Shown here: positions 50,151 through 58,206 of the stretch, piece after piece
How the letters are laid out: every line of letters begins with the position of its first letter
Position numbering within the stretch: position 1 is the first letter of the stretch
IMG/VR virus record: IMGVR_UViG_3300032334_001433
Coordinates: 96,001-160,000 of that record
DNA from: a virus
Taxonomy: Duplodnaviria; Caudoviricetes
Reading direction: 5' to 3' (one strand)
Length of the DNA stretch: 64,000 nucleotides
The notes under the pieces: model-generated
Told to the model about the DNA's origin: nothing
Seen by the model: the letters and a program-made list of their open reading frames with translations, nothing else
The model's database searches: none
Translations under genes and position numbers: made by a program

Positions 50151-50807
50151 ATGCAAATTAGTAATGAAACAATCCAACTATTAAAGAATTTCGCTGCGAT
50201 CAACAGTAACATTTTGATTCGTAAAGGAAAGACTTTGTCCACAATCAGTACAGCAAAAAACATTTTTGCTAAAGCAACTGTGGCTGAAGACTTTCCTGTT
50301 GAAGTTCCTGTCTATGATCTAAACTCTTTGTTGGCTTTGCTAACATTGATGGAAAATCAAGATGTTGAATTCGGTGAAAAGTCTTTGACCATTTCTAAGA
50401 ACAATGGCAAGTTTGAATACTTCTATTCTAACGCAAGCGTTATTGTTTCGGCTCCAGATAAATCTATTGAAATTGATTCTCACTTCAAGTTCAGCTTGAC
50501 CGCAGAAGATATTAATATGATTATTAAAGCAGCAAATATTACAGCTGCTCCAACAATCTCAGTAACATCTAAGGATGGCAATGTTGTCCTTACTGTAGGG
50601 GATAAGAAAAATGATACAGCAAATACGTATAAACGTACAATTGGTTCAAGCAAAGATGCATTTGAATGCCATATGTCTGTAGATAATTTTAAAGTAATTC
50701 CTGATGCTTATGAAATTACAATCTCTAAAAAGAAATTGTTTCACTTTAAACACGCTACAAAATCTGTAGAATATTTTATTGCAATGGAACCGGATTCTGT
50801 AGTATGA
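50151..50807 (+). CDS. gp45: Sliding clamp gp45
   Basis: LLKNFAAINSNI, YDLNSLL, YFIAME; upstream of gp44/62. Confidence 0.93.
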   Translation: MQISNETIQLLKNFAAINSNILIRKGKTLSTISTAKNIFAKATVAEDFPVEVPVYDLNSLLALLTLMENQDVEFGEKSLTISKNNGKFEYFYSNASVIVSAPDKSIEIDSHFKFSLTAEDINMIIKAANITAAPTISVTSKDGNVVLTVGDKKNDTANTYKRTIGSSKDAFECHMSVDNFKVIPDAYEITISKKKLFHFKHATKSVEYFIAMEPDSVV

Positions 50808-50998
50808 AAATCTTCCATACATCAAATGAAGAATATATCGCAGTTCTAGAAACAGAAGCAGAAACTTTGCGTAGGTATTATTTTGACCGTTTGAAAGAAG
50901 GGACGGGTCATTATAATACAGCAATTTCTGTTTTGGAAGAAAGAATTGCAGCATTGAAAAAAGAATTAGAAGATACAATTATTGTTTCTAATAATTAA
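50804..50998 (+). CDS. Small hypothetical protein
   Basis: 64 aa, ATGA overlap with gp45, C-terminal heptad pattern. Confidence 0.55.
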   Translation: MKIFHTSNEEYIAVLETEAETLRRYYFDRLKEGTGHYNTAISVLEERIAALKKELEDTIIVSNN

Positions 50999-51045
50999 TT
51001 TGTGCCTTACAAAATTTAATTAGTATTAGAAGGTGAAAATATATC

Positions 51046-51987
51046 ATGGAAAGAAAAGACGGAGAATTTCTCTGGGTTGAGGCGTACCGACCAAGAACAT
51101 TAGAAGATTGTATTCTTCCTGCAGATCAAAAGAAGGTCTTTCAGGAAATGCTCTCCAAAGGAGAGATTCAAAATATGCTATTGTGCGGCGGTGCTGGTAT
51201 GGGTAAGACTACTATTGCCCGAGCATTATGTGAAGAGTTACAAACTGATTATATCATCATTAACGGTTCAGAAGAATCTGGTATTGATGTTCTAAGAACA
51301 AAGATTAAACAGTTTGCATCTACTGTATCATTTAGCGGTAAAGCAAAAGTAGTTATTCTAGATGAAGCGGATTATTTGAATCCAAATTCTACACAACCGG
51401 CACTTCGTGCTTTTATGGAAGAATTCTCATCGAATTGCAGGTTCATCTTTACTTGTAATTTTAAGAATCGTATTATTCCTCCGCTTCATTCTAGAACAAC
51501 TGTTATAGAATTTAAATTACCTAAGAGCGAAAAGCCTAAGATTGCTGGCGCATTCTTTAAACGAGTATGCGAAATTCTTAAGCATGAGAATGTTGACTTC
51601 GATCAAAAGGTTGCAGCAAAAGTAATTGAAAAGCATTTCCCTGATTATCGTCGTATTCTAAATGAAATGCAGCGTTATAGTTCTTCAGGTAAAATTGACG
51701 AAGGCATTCTTGTTAATATGGGCGAAGCCAATATGCAGGAATTGGTTTCTTCTCTTAAAGATAAAGACTGGAAGAAAATGCGTACATGGGTTGTTAATAA
51801 CATTGACAATGATCCGCAAACTCTATTTAGAAAATTCTATGATACATTCTGTGATAGTGTAGTACAGGTTCCGCAATTAATTTTATTGCTTGCCGACTAC
51901 CAATATAAGTCTGCATTTTGTGCAGATCAAGAAATTAATTTGGTTGCATGCTTAACTGAGATTATGGCTTCTGTTGAATTTAAATAA
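51046..51987 (+). CDS. gp44: Clamp loader ATPase gp44
   Basis: LWVEAYRP, GGAGMGKTT, ILDEAD, PLHSR, DQEINL. Confidence 0.96.
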   Translation: MERKDGEFLWVEAYRPRTLEDCILPADQKKVFQEMLSKGEIQNMLLCGGAGMGKTTIARALCEELQTDYIIINGSEESGIDVLRTKIKQFASTVSFSGKAKVVILDEADYLNPNSTQPALRAFMEEFSSNCRFIFTCNFKNRIIPPLHSRTTVIEFKLPKSEKPKIAGAFFKRVCEILKHENVDFDQKVAAKVIEKHFPDYRRILNEMQRYSSSGKIDEGILVNMGEANMQELVSSLKDKDWKKMRTWVVNNIDNDPQTLFRKFYDTFCDSVVQVPQLILLLADYQYKSAFCADQEINLVACLTEIMASVEFK

Positions 51988-51998
51988 CAGTAAATGCT

Positions 51999-52445
51999 AT
52001 GAGTTTAGATTTTTTAGGTAAGCCAAAAGAAGAAATAACAGTAACGCCCTATAAGGCGCCAGCAATATCGCCTTTCGATTTTATTAATGCTATTCATTAT
52101 TCTAAGGATAATTTAATAGTTGACGATTGGTCTGAGAAACAATATAACCCTTTTATAATTAATAAAGGACTTTCATACGGTCACGACACAGTAATTCCTG
52201 CAAATGAGATGAATTCTCGTCCACACCTCGATAAAAAGCTACAAAATTCGTTTTTAATAAATATAATTAGGCCTAAAAAAAGATTCAATAAATGGATTAA
52301 GGCTGAGAAAATTGAAGCGATCGAGGTGATTAAGGAATACTATGGATATAGCACAGATAAAGCACGCCAAGTACTCCCACTTTTCGATAAAAATAAATTA
52401 GATTATTTAAGAATAAAACTAATAAAAGGTGGTAGGAATGGCTGA
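51999..52445 (+). CDS. gp62: Clamp loader small subunit gp62
   Basis: YNPFIINKGLS, RPKKRFNKW, IKEYYGYS. Confidence 0.92.
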   Translation: MSLDFLGKPKEEITVTPYKAPAISPFDFINAIHYSKDNLIVDDWSEKQYNPFIINKGLSYGHDTVIPANEMNSRPHLDKKLQNSFLINIIRPKKRFNKWIKAEKIEAIEVIKEYYGYSTDKARQVLPLFDKNKLDYLRIKLIKGGRNG

Positions 52446-52866
52446 AGATATTTTTCACATTGATTTTCCTGGTTATAATCCATTAGAAGTAACCTTGACA
52501 CAACCGGACGACTTTTTGAAAGTCCGAGAAACACTAACACGCATAGGTGTAGCATCACGAAAAGATAAGGTGCTATATCAATCTTGTCATATTCTGCACA
52601 AGCAGGGTAGATATTTTATTGTACACTTTAAAGAATTGTTTGCGTTAGATGGCAAATCTGCAGATTTAACGGATAATGATCTAGAACGACGAAACACTAT
52701 TGCTAAATTGCTAATAGATTGGGGTTTAGTAAAAGTCGTAAAACCAGAATTGTTTCAAGAGCTTGCTCCATTGTCGCAGATTAAAGTAATTGCGTTTAAA
52801 GATAAACATGATTGGTCTTTGCAAACAAAATATAATATTGGTAAGAAAAAGCAAACAACAGACTAA
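52438..52866 (+). CDS. regA: Translational repressor RegA
   Basis: DDFLKVRETLTRIGVAS, LYQSCHILHKQGRYFIVHFKELF, KYNIGK. Confidence 0.96.
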   Translation: MAEDIFHIDFPGYNPLEVTLTQPDDFLKVRETLTRIGVASRKDKVLYQSCHILHKQGRYFIVHFKELFALDGKSADLTDNDLERRNTIAKLLIDWGLVKVVKPELFQELAPLSQIKVIAFKDKHDWSLQTKYNIGKKKQTTD

Positions 52867-52873
52867 TAATCTG

Positions 52874-52881
52874 TATAAATA
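52874..52881 (+). promoter_or_regulatory. T4-type late promoter upstream of the hsp20 leader
   Basis: TATAAATA 7 nt after the regA stop. Confidence 0.75.
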
Positions 52882-52886
52882 ATTTT

Positions 52887-53097
52887 ATCCCCGGGATGGG
52901 ATGGCAGGGGGTGCGACCTACGCCATAAGTTAAAACGCACACTAATAACACGGCGGATGCCCTGGCGTATCCGTTCTTCAATCCCACCTTAGGGCTGTTT
53001 GATGCTACGGTATAAGGCGTCCGAGAAATTTCACTGCCACTCGTTAGTTGGCCCTGTATAAAGTAAGCAGGAATAACCGCTATGCCTTCGGGGTAGC
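52887..53097 (+). ncRNA. Candidate structured RNA / long 5' leader of hsp20
   Basis: GC-enriched, no credible ORF, many complementary blocks and a terminal cUUCGg hairpin. Confidence 0.5.
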
Positions 53098-53126
53098 AAT
53101 TTTAACTCGCTTTTAAGGAGAAAACT

Positions 53127-53636
53127 ATGACACATCTGTCAGTATTCGGTCCTGGCTTTAAGGACTTTGATAAATTTTTTGTTGGTTTTGATAATCAATT
53201 TACTCGCATGGCTAAGATGCATGATGATCTAACGAAAAACATTCCAAGCTATCCTCCATACAACATTAAGAAAACAGACGAAAACAAGTATGTTATTGAA
53301 ATGGCTGTCGCTGGATTTTCCAAGCAGGAAATTGAAATTGAATTTGTAGACGACAAGCTCGTTATCAAAGGCAATGCAGCAGAGGATAACGACGCACTAG
53401 AGTGGTTGTACAAAGGAATCGCTTCACGTAATTTCACAAGAACATTTGCTCTTAACGATCAAATTGAAATTAAAGATGCTGCTCTTATTAATGGTATGCT
53501 AAAGATTGCTCTTGAGCGTATTATTCCTGAGCACAAGAAGCCAAAGAAAATTGATGTGAAGGATGATGCTGAAGTTGCAGCAAAACCTGCAAAAAAATCT
53601 AGTAAGCCTCAGTATCTTACAGAAGATGATTTGTGA
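53127..53636 (+). CDS. hsp20: Small heat shock protein Hsp20 (IbpA-like)
   Basis: YPPYNI, IEMAVAGFSK, YKGIASRNFTRTF, NGMLKIALERIIPE. Confidence 0.95.
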   Translation: MTHLSVFGPGFKDFDKFFVGFDNQFTRMAKMHDDLTKNIPSYPPYNIKKTDENKYVIEMAVAGFSKQEIEIEFVDDKLVIKGNAAEDNDALEWLYKGIASRNFTRTFALNDQIEIKDAALINGMLKIALERIIPEHKKPKKIDVKDDAEVAAKPAKKSSKPQYLTEDDL

Positions 53637-53644
53637 GATATAGA

Positions 53645-53779
53645 ATGCAAAAAATTTGGAAACAAATCGTCAAATCACTGACACCTAAAAAAGACGTAGA
53701 AATATATTTGGCAAAAGCAACAGATCATTTTGATCTAGAGCGCAGAATTGTATTTCTAAATCGCAAAGGTATTCTATAA
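53645..53779 (+). CDS. 44 aa small protein, DUF3563-like
   Basis: MQKIWKQIVKSLTPKKDVEIYLAKATDHFDLERRIVFLNRKGIL; YLA..TD..DLE.R pattern; not in ORF track. Confidence 0.55.
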   Translation: MQKIWKQIVKSLTPKKDVEIYLAKATDHFDLERRIVFLNRKGIL

Positions 53780-53822
53780 TATTCTTTTGTGAAAAATAAC
53801 TTTTGTACTTTAGGTGCAGTTA

Positions 53823-53859
53823 AACTAGGTGTTGGCATGTAAAGGTCAGCACCCTAGTT
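53823..53859. other. Strong intergenic hairpin
   Basis: AACTAGG-TGTTGGC / GTCAGCA-C-CCTAGTT, about 14 bp with one bulge, no U-tract. Confidence 0.55.
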
Positions 53860-53885
53860 GATCAAATACTTATAATTTGCTTGAA

Positions 53886-53893
53886 TATAAATA
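53886..53893 (+). promoter_or_regulatory. T4-type late promoter
   Basis: TATAAATA in intergenic region. Confidence 0.6.
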
Positions 53894-53957
53894 CTAATGA
53901 CATTATAATTAAGATGTTTTATAATGAGATTGAAGCTTTTGAATTTATGGAAACAAT

Positions 53958-54296
53958 ATGATTAAAATTTTAAAAACAATTACCGGCGAAGAATTGGTCG
54001 GCGACGTTACTAGATTGCAGAGTACGTTAACTATAAATAAACCTTTTATGGTAACAATGGCCAGAGATCCTGCAAACCCGGGCGGCGATATGCAGTTGGC
54101 ATTATTTCCCTATGTTCCGTATGTAAAAGATCATACATTGTTATTGGATGAAAAAAGTGTAGTGTGGATGACTGACCTAGTTGATTCTATGGTTAAAGAC
54201 TATAATAATGCACTTGAATCATTAAAGATTACTGAAGTTGTTCCTGAAAAGAAAGAACAATTTACAACCTTTGCGAATATAACAAAGACTATATGA
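53958..54296 (+). CDS. Conserved hypothetical protein
   Basis: IKILKTITGEELVG start, typical of the gene after hsp20 in T4-like aquatic phages. Confidence 0.6.
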   Translation: MIKILKTITGEELVGDVTRLQSTLTINKPFMVTMARDPANPGGDMQLALFPYVPYVKDHTLLLDEKSVVWMTDLVDSMVKDYNNALESLKITEVVPEKKEQFTTFANITKTI

Positions 54297-54583
54297 AAAA
54301 ACAATTGAACGGGCCTGTTGTTTTTATAGACCCAGTAACAGGAAAAGCATTATGTGACTCTGTTCAATGTAAGAATAAATTCAAAGACATTAAATATAAT
54401 GTAAAAGAAACAAATTATAAATGGGTCGGCGGACCTGTTATACATAAACAATACTATGCAATATGTAATGAATGTGGTAGATCTCATTCTACAAGTAAAG
54501 CAAAAGCTTTAACTGGGCAAAGCTTTAGACGTGGAACCGAAAACGCAGGAAAAGATCCTGAAATTAATGAAAGTGAATTATGA
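54293..54583 (+). CDS. Hypothetical Cys-rich protein (possible zinc ribbon)
   Basis: C-x4-C and CxxC pairs; ATGA overlaps both neighbours. Confidence 0.55.
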   Translation: MKKQLNGPVVFIDPVTGKALCDSVQCKNKFKDIKYNVKETNYKWVGGPVIHKQYYAICNECGRSHSTSKAKALTGQSFRRGTENAGKDPEINESEL

Positions 54584-54699
54584 GCAAAAAAATTGAAAGC
54601 GTTAAAAAGCGCACCCGACAAGGCGGACGAGTAAAAACATCGTCTATGAATAAGACACAAAAAGTGTCACATAAAAAATATCGAGGCCAAGGCCGTTAA
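54580..54699 (+). CDS. 39 aa highly basic peptide
   Basis: MSKKIESVKKRTRQGGRVKTSSMNKTQKVSHKKYRGQGR; ATGA overlap with upstream ORF; not in ORF track. Confidence 0.6.
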   Translation: MSKKIESVKKRTRQGGRVKTSSMNKTQKVSHKKYRGQGR

Positions 54700-54708
54700 T
54701 AAATATAT

Positions 54709-54783
54709 TGCGGGTTGGCGCAGTAGTAGCGCGCTGGACTCATAATCCAGAGGTCGGTGGTGCGAATCCATCACCCGCATCCA
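54709..54783 (+). tRNA. tRNA with CAT anticodon (Met or Ile2), encoded CCA, non-canonical elbow
   Basis: Acceptor TGCGGGT/ACCCGCA, D stem GCGC/GCGC, anticodon stem CTGGA/TCCAG with loop CTCATAA, T stem GGTGG/CCATC, terminal TCCA. Confidence 0.9.
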
Positions 54784-54789
54784 TCATCT

Positions 54790-55047
54790 ATGTTAGAATA
54801 CATAACAACCTTTTTTGCGATGTTTATCGTTGATATATTTTACGCATATTATATCAAAGCGATTCAAGACGAAGAAGCATTAAAGGCAGGTCTTTGGGCA
54901 GGCACAGTATATGCAATCGCAAGTGTCTCCGTAATTAACTTTACTATAAATCATTGGCTAATTATTCCCGCTGCATTAGGAGCAGCATTAGGAACATATT
55001 TTGGAATAAGATTGCGTCAAGATGACGGGCCAGATGAACCTATGTAA
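54790..55047 (+). CDS. Small multi-pass membrane protein
   Basis: Hydrophobic segments ending GAALGTYFG; true start probably 54790, since the track start lies inside the tRNA. Confidence 0.6.
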   Translation: MLEYITTFFAMFIVDIFYAYYIKAIQDEEALKAGLWAGTVYAIASVSVINFTINHWLIIPAALGAALGTYFGIRLRQDDGPDEPM

Positions 55048-55765
55048 TTGGATTAAAGTGAAATTTATATTATGTTTACTTGCTCTTATATCGAGCAATG
55101 TTTTTGCTATGGACATTACTGCTACAAGTTGGTTAGTAGCAGACGGCGAAGGTAAAGTACTTCAAAGCGAAAATGTCAATGCTTCTAGATCAATTGCAAG
55201 CATAACAAAACTTATGACTGTAATGGTAGTACTAGATAAGAAACTACCATTAGACGCAAAGATAAATCAATACACCCGAAAAGAACTAATTCAACTAGCA
55301 ATGGTTAAATCGGATAATAAGGCCGCAATTGCTTTATGTGATAGTTATCCTGGCGGAAAATTAATGTGCGTCAGGGCAATGAATCAAAAAGCATTTGATT
55401 TGAAGATGTTTGATACAAAATATGTAGAAGCATCTGGGCTTGATATAATGAATATTAGTACTGCACTTGATCTTATTAAATTGGTTCAAGCTGCAAAAGA
55501 TTATCCCGCAATTGTGGAAGCCAGCAATACTTCTAGAATTTCAATAAAGTTAAAAAAGAAATGGTTATTCTTTAATAACACAAATCCTATAATTGGCAAA
55601 AGATATAATTTTATTGTTAGTAAAACAGGATATATAAAAGCATCCGGTGGCTGCATTGTTATGATGTTAGATACAGATGTTGGCCGCCGGATTGTAGTTG
55701 TTCTTGGAAGTAAAAATACTCACACAAGAATACCAGAAGCAGAGTTTATTGCAACTCACGAATAG
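55022..55765 (+). CDS. Serine D-Ala-D-Ala carboxy/endopeptidase (peptidase S11, PBP7-like) with signal peptide
   Basis: SxxK (ASITKLMT), SxN (KSDN), KTG (SKTGY); N-terminal hydrophobic signal; start uncertain. Confidence 0.88.
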   Translation: MTGQMNLCNWIKVKFILCLLALISSNVFAMDITATSWLVADGEGKVLQSENVNASRSIASITKLMTVMVVLDKKLPLDAKINQYTRKELIQLAMVKSDNKAAIALCDSYPGGKLMCVRAMNQKAFDLKMFDTKYVEASGLDIMNISTALDLIKLVQAAKDYPAIVEASNTSRISIKLKKKWLFFNNTNPIIGKRYNFIVSKTGYIKASGGCIVMMLDTDVGRRIVVVLGSKNTHTRIPEAEFIATHE

Positions 55766-56476
55766 TTAATTCCAATATTTGTTATGGTTTAAACTATCCC
55801 AATATGATTTGTTATTGCGATTCATAAAACTTTTCATTAGGTATTTGCCCATACCAAAATATCCCATCTTTTTAAACCTACGACTATCTTGTCCGCAGTA
55901 ATGTTTTATAATCCTAAACTTTTTAGGACTATAATTTTTTGATAAGAAATAGTCTTCGGCTGTTAATAAGTTTTCGGGAAATCCGCCATATTCATCAAAT
56001 TTATCTTTGCGCGTTAGCATAAATGCTCCAACGGCGAATGGTGAGAAATATTTTAATGCGTTATTAATAGTATTAAAAATAGCAAATCCAAGTGTTGCTC
56101 TTAAGTCTTTGTCATAGCATTTGATATTCAAACCAACTAAATCTAAATTATTTGATTCAAGTTTATCGACCGCATCACGTATTACATCATACTTAAAGAA
56201 ACGAACATCGGCGTCAATGAATAGTATGCAGGGTGTAGTGACAAGTCTAGCACCGTTGTTCTTGGCAACACTAACAGGCCCACCATCAATAATTTCAACA
56301 TTCAATTCAAAACTATTATTACGTATTACTTGCCTGGTGTTGTCAGTAGAACAATCCGCAATTATAATTTTAGTATCACCGATGTTCTGTGACCGCAACG
56401 AATCTAATAAATGATGAATATAATTTTCTTCATTTTTACAAGGCACAACTATAGTAATTTTATCACTTAGTTTCAT
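55766..56476 (-). CDS. GT2 glycosyltransferase
   Basis: VVPCKNEE, IIADCSTD, AKNNGA, LFIDADV, AEDYFL, DSRRF. Confidence 0.85.
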   Translation of the reverse strand: MKLSDKITIVVPCKNEENYIHHLLDSLRSQNIGDTKIIIADCSTDNTRQVIRNNSFELNVEIIDGGPVSVAKNNGARLVTTPCILFIDADVRFFKYDVIRDAVDKLESNNLDLVGLNIKCYDKDLRATLGFAIFNTINNALKYFSPFAVGAFMLTRKDKFDEYGGFPENLLTAEDYFLSKNYSPKKFRIIKHYCGQDSRRFKKMGYFGMGKYLMKSFMNRNNKSYWDSLNHNKYWN

Positions 56477-57230
56477 TGTCTTTCTCCTTAGTCCAAGTAA
56501 CTATTTCCCATCTACCGTCCCAATGTTCAACTAAAGCGGTACATGACTCAACCCAGTCTCCGTCATTCATATAGATGACGCCTTCTATTTCTTTTATTTC
56601 AGCATGGTGTATATGACCACAGATGACACCATCATACCCACGTTTTTTACAATAATTCGCTAAGTTTTTCTCAAAATGAAATATAAAGTCTACTGCTTTC
56701 TTTACTCTTGCTTTGAGATATTTACTAAGACTAAAGTACCCAAAACCAAAGCGATGACGTAACCAATTGTATTTGCTATTAACCGATAAAATGAAATCAT
56801 ATGCTTTATCTCCTAAAAAACTTAACCAGGGCGCTAATCTGGTTATACCGTCAAACATATCTCCATGTACTACAAGATAGTGTTTACCGTCTGCGCCTAT
56901 ATGTTCTATTTGATTATGTATTTCAACAAGTCCAAAACTAAACCCGTATGGTATCATCGGGCGCAAGAATTCGTCATGATTTCCTGCAATATACACGACA
57001 CGAGTGCCACGTTTAGCATGACCGAGAACACGACGGACCACATTAGTGTGGCTTTGTTTCCATCTCCATTTGTTTTGTTGGATTCGCCAGGCATCGATTA
57101 TATCTCCTATTAAGTATAATGTGTTACAAGAATTATTTTTAAGAAAATTATTTAGCTTTTCTGCCTTACAATCATTTGTACCTAAATGTACATCGCTTAT
57201 AAAAATACTACGATATTTTTGTTCTGACAT
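56463..57230 (-). CDS. plcP: PlcP-like / LpxH-family metallophosphoesterase
   Basis: ISDVHLG, LYLIGDIIDAW, GNHDEFLR, HGDMFD, VICGHIH, NDGDWVESCTALVE; overall layout resembles PlcP more than LpxH. Confidence 0.7.
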   Translation of the reverse strand: MSEQKYRSIFISDVHLGTNDCKAEKLNNFLKNNSCNTLYLIGDIIDAWRIQQNKWRWKQSHTNVVRRVLGHAKRGTRVVYIAGNHDEFLRPMIPYGFSFGLVEIHNQIEHIGADGKHYLVVHGDMFDGITRLAPWLSFLGDKAYDFILSVNSKYNWLRHRFGFGYFSLSKYLKARVKKAVDFIFHFEKNLANYCKKRGYDGVICGHIHHAEIKEIEGVIYMNDGDWVESCTALVEHWDGRWEIVTWTKEKDNETK

Positions 57231-57259
57231 ATCTAATCTTTTATTTTAATAAATATTTG

Positions 57260-57373
57260 ATGCATTTTAATATAATAATTACTTTCAACGATTTATTGTT
57301 CCTACTTGGATGCCTGCCATTAGTTATGATATTTTGGGAAATGTTTAAAGACTGGAAAAAAGATAAACATTAG
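57260..57373 (+). CDS. 37 aa single-pass membrane peptide
   Basis: MHFNIIITFNDLLFLLGCLPLVMIFWEMFKDWKKDKH; preceded by AATAAATA (57248-55); not in ORF track. Confidence 0.5.
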   Translation: MHFNIIITFNDLLFLLGCLPLVMIFWEMFKDWKKDKH

Positions 57374-57981
57374 TCTCCAGCTGCTGCCTTGGCTAATTCT
57401 TTTTTCTGTTCTTGTTCTCTCAACCATTGATTTTGTCTACGAATTTGCAATGCCTTGGCTTGTTTAGCTTCAAGTTCTTTTTGTTCTTCGGCCATACTAT
57501 AAAACTGAACACCCAACATAACAAAAGCAGAAATAACAATTCCGAATCCTATAGTATACATTGTTATCATCATATACTTAGCCATCTTTTCTTTATGTGC
57601 TTGTTTGGCTTTTGCTACTGCTTCTTCACCTTCACGTTTTTCTTTTAATAATCTAGTGCGTTCGGCAATCATCTCTTCCCAAATTTGTGGCTTACCCAAT
57701 TGCCAATAAATCATGTCTTTTAATGCTCTTTCATCTTCGCGCAACTTATTGCTATGCATAGCAAACTCAAGTGCTTGGCGCCCAAGTTGAGCATCAGTTT
57801 TGCCCATAGCACCATGTTTAGCTTTGATGCTAGCTAAATGAACTTGATCCGCAGCCTCAAAGAAATGCCCCACTTGTCCGATAATACTATTGATATCTTT
57901 ACCCATAGCAATGGCCTGCTTAATTCCACCAATTGCGGATTGAGCGGCACTAAATGCAAGACTTATTGTAATTGGATCCAT
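57370..57981 (-). CDS. Hypothetical coiled-coil protein with one TM segment
   Basis: Helical charged body; TM YMMITMYTIGFGIVISAFVMLGVQFY. Confidence 0.65.
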   Translation of the reverse strand: MDPITISLAFSAAQSAIGGIKQAIAMGKDINSIIGQVGHFFEAADQVHLASIKAKHGAMGKTDAQLGRQALEFAMHSNKLREDERALKDMIYWQLGKPQIWEEMIAERTRLLKEKREGEEAVAKAKQAHKEKMAKYMMITMYTIGFGIVISAFVMLGVQFYSMAEEQKELEAKQAKALQIRRQNQWLREQEQKKELAKAAAGD

Positions 57982-58205
57982 TACTTTTCTTTCTTATCAG
58001 TCCAGTATGGAACAAAAGTCCAGCGGCAAATTTTACCGTTTTCCACAAATTCATTAACACCATAATTCTTTTTGTTTTCCTCACACACCTTTTCTAGCTT
58101 TTGCCAGTGTTTGTAATTTTTTGGAGGAGAGATTAATTGGTCGGAACTAGATGCAGTTAATAAAAATGTTATCAGTAAAATTGCCGAGAACTTTATAAGT
58201 TTCAT
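57981..58205 (-). CDS. Small exported protein
   Basis: Signal-peptide-like N-terminus; two Cys. Confidence 0.55.
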   Translation of the reverse strand: MKLIKFSAILLITFLLTASSSDQLISPPKNYKHWQKLEKVCEENKKNYGVNEFVENGKICRWTFVPYWTDKKEK

Positions 58206-58206
58206 A

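Noticed and set aside
52989-53056. Pistol-ribozyme-like UUAGGGC/GCCCU pairing, and hammerhead or cobalamin-riboswitch resemblance
   Set aside because: The required flanking P1 stem and catalytic cores are missing.
54757-54789. ORF-track N-terminal extension of the small membrane protein
   Set aside because: It lies inside the tRNA; the ATG at 54790 is more plausible.
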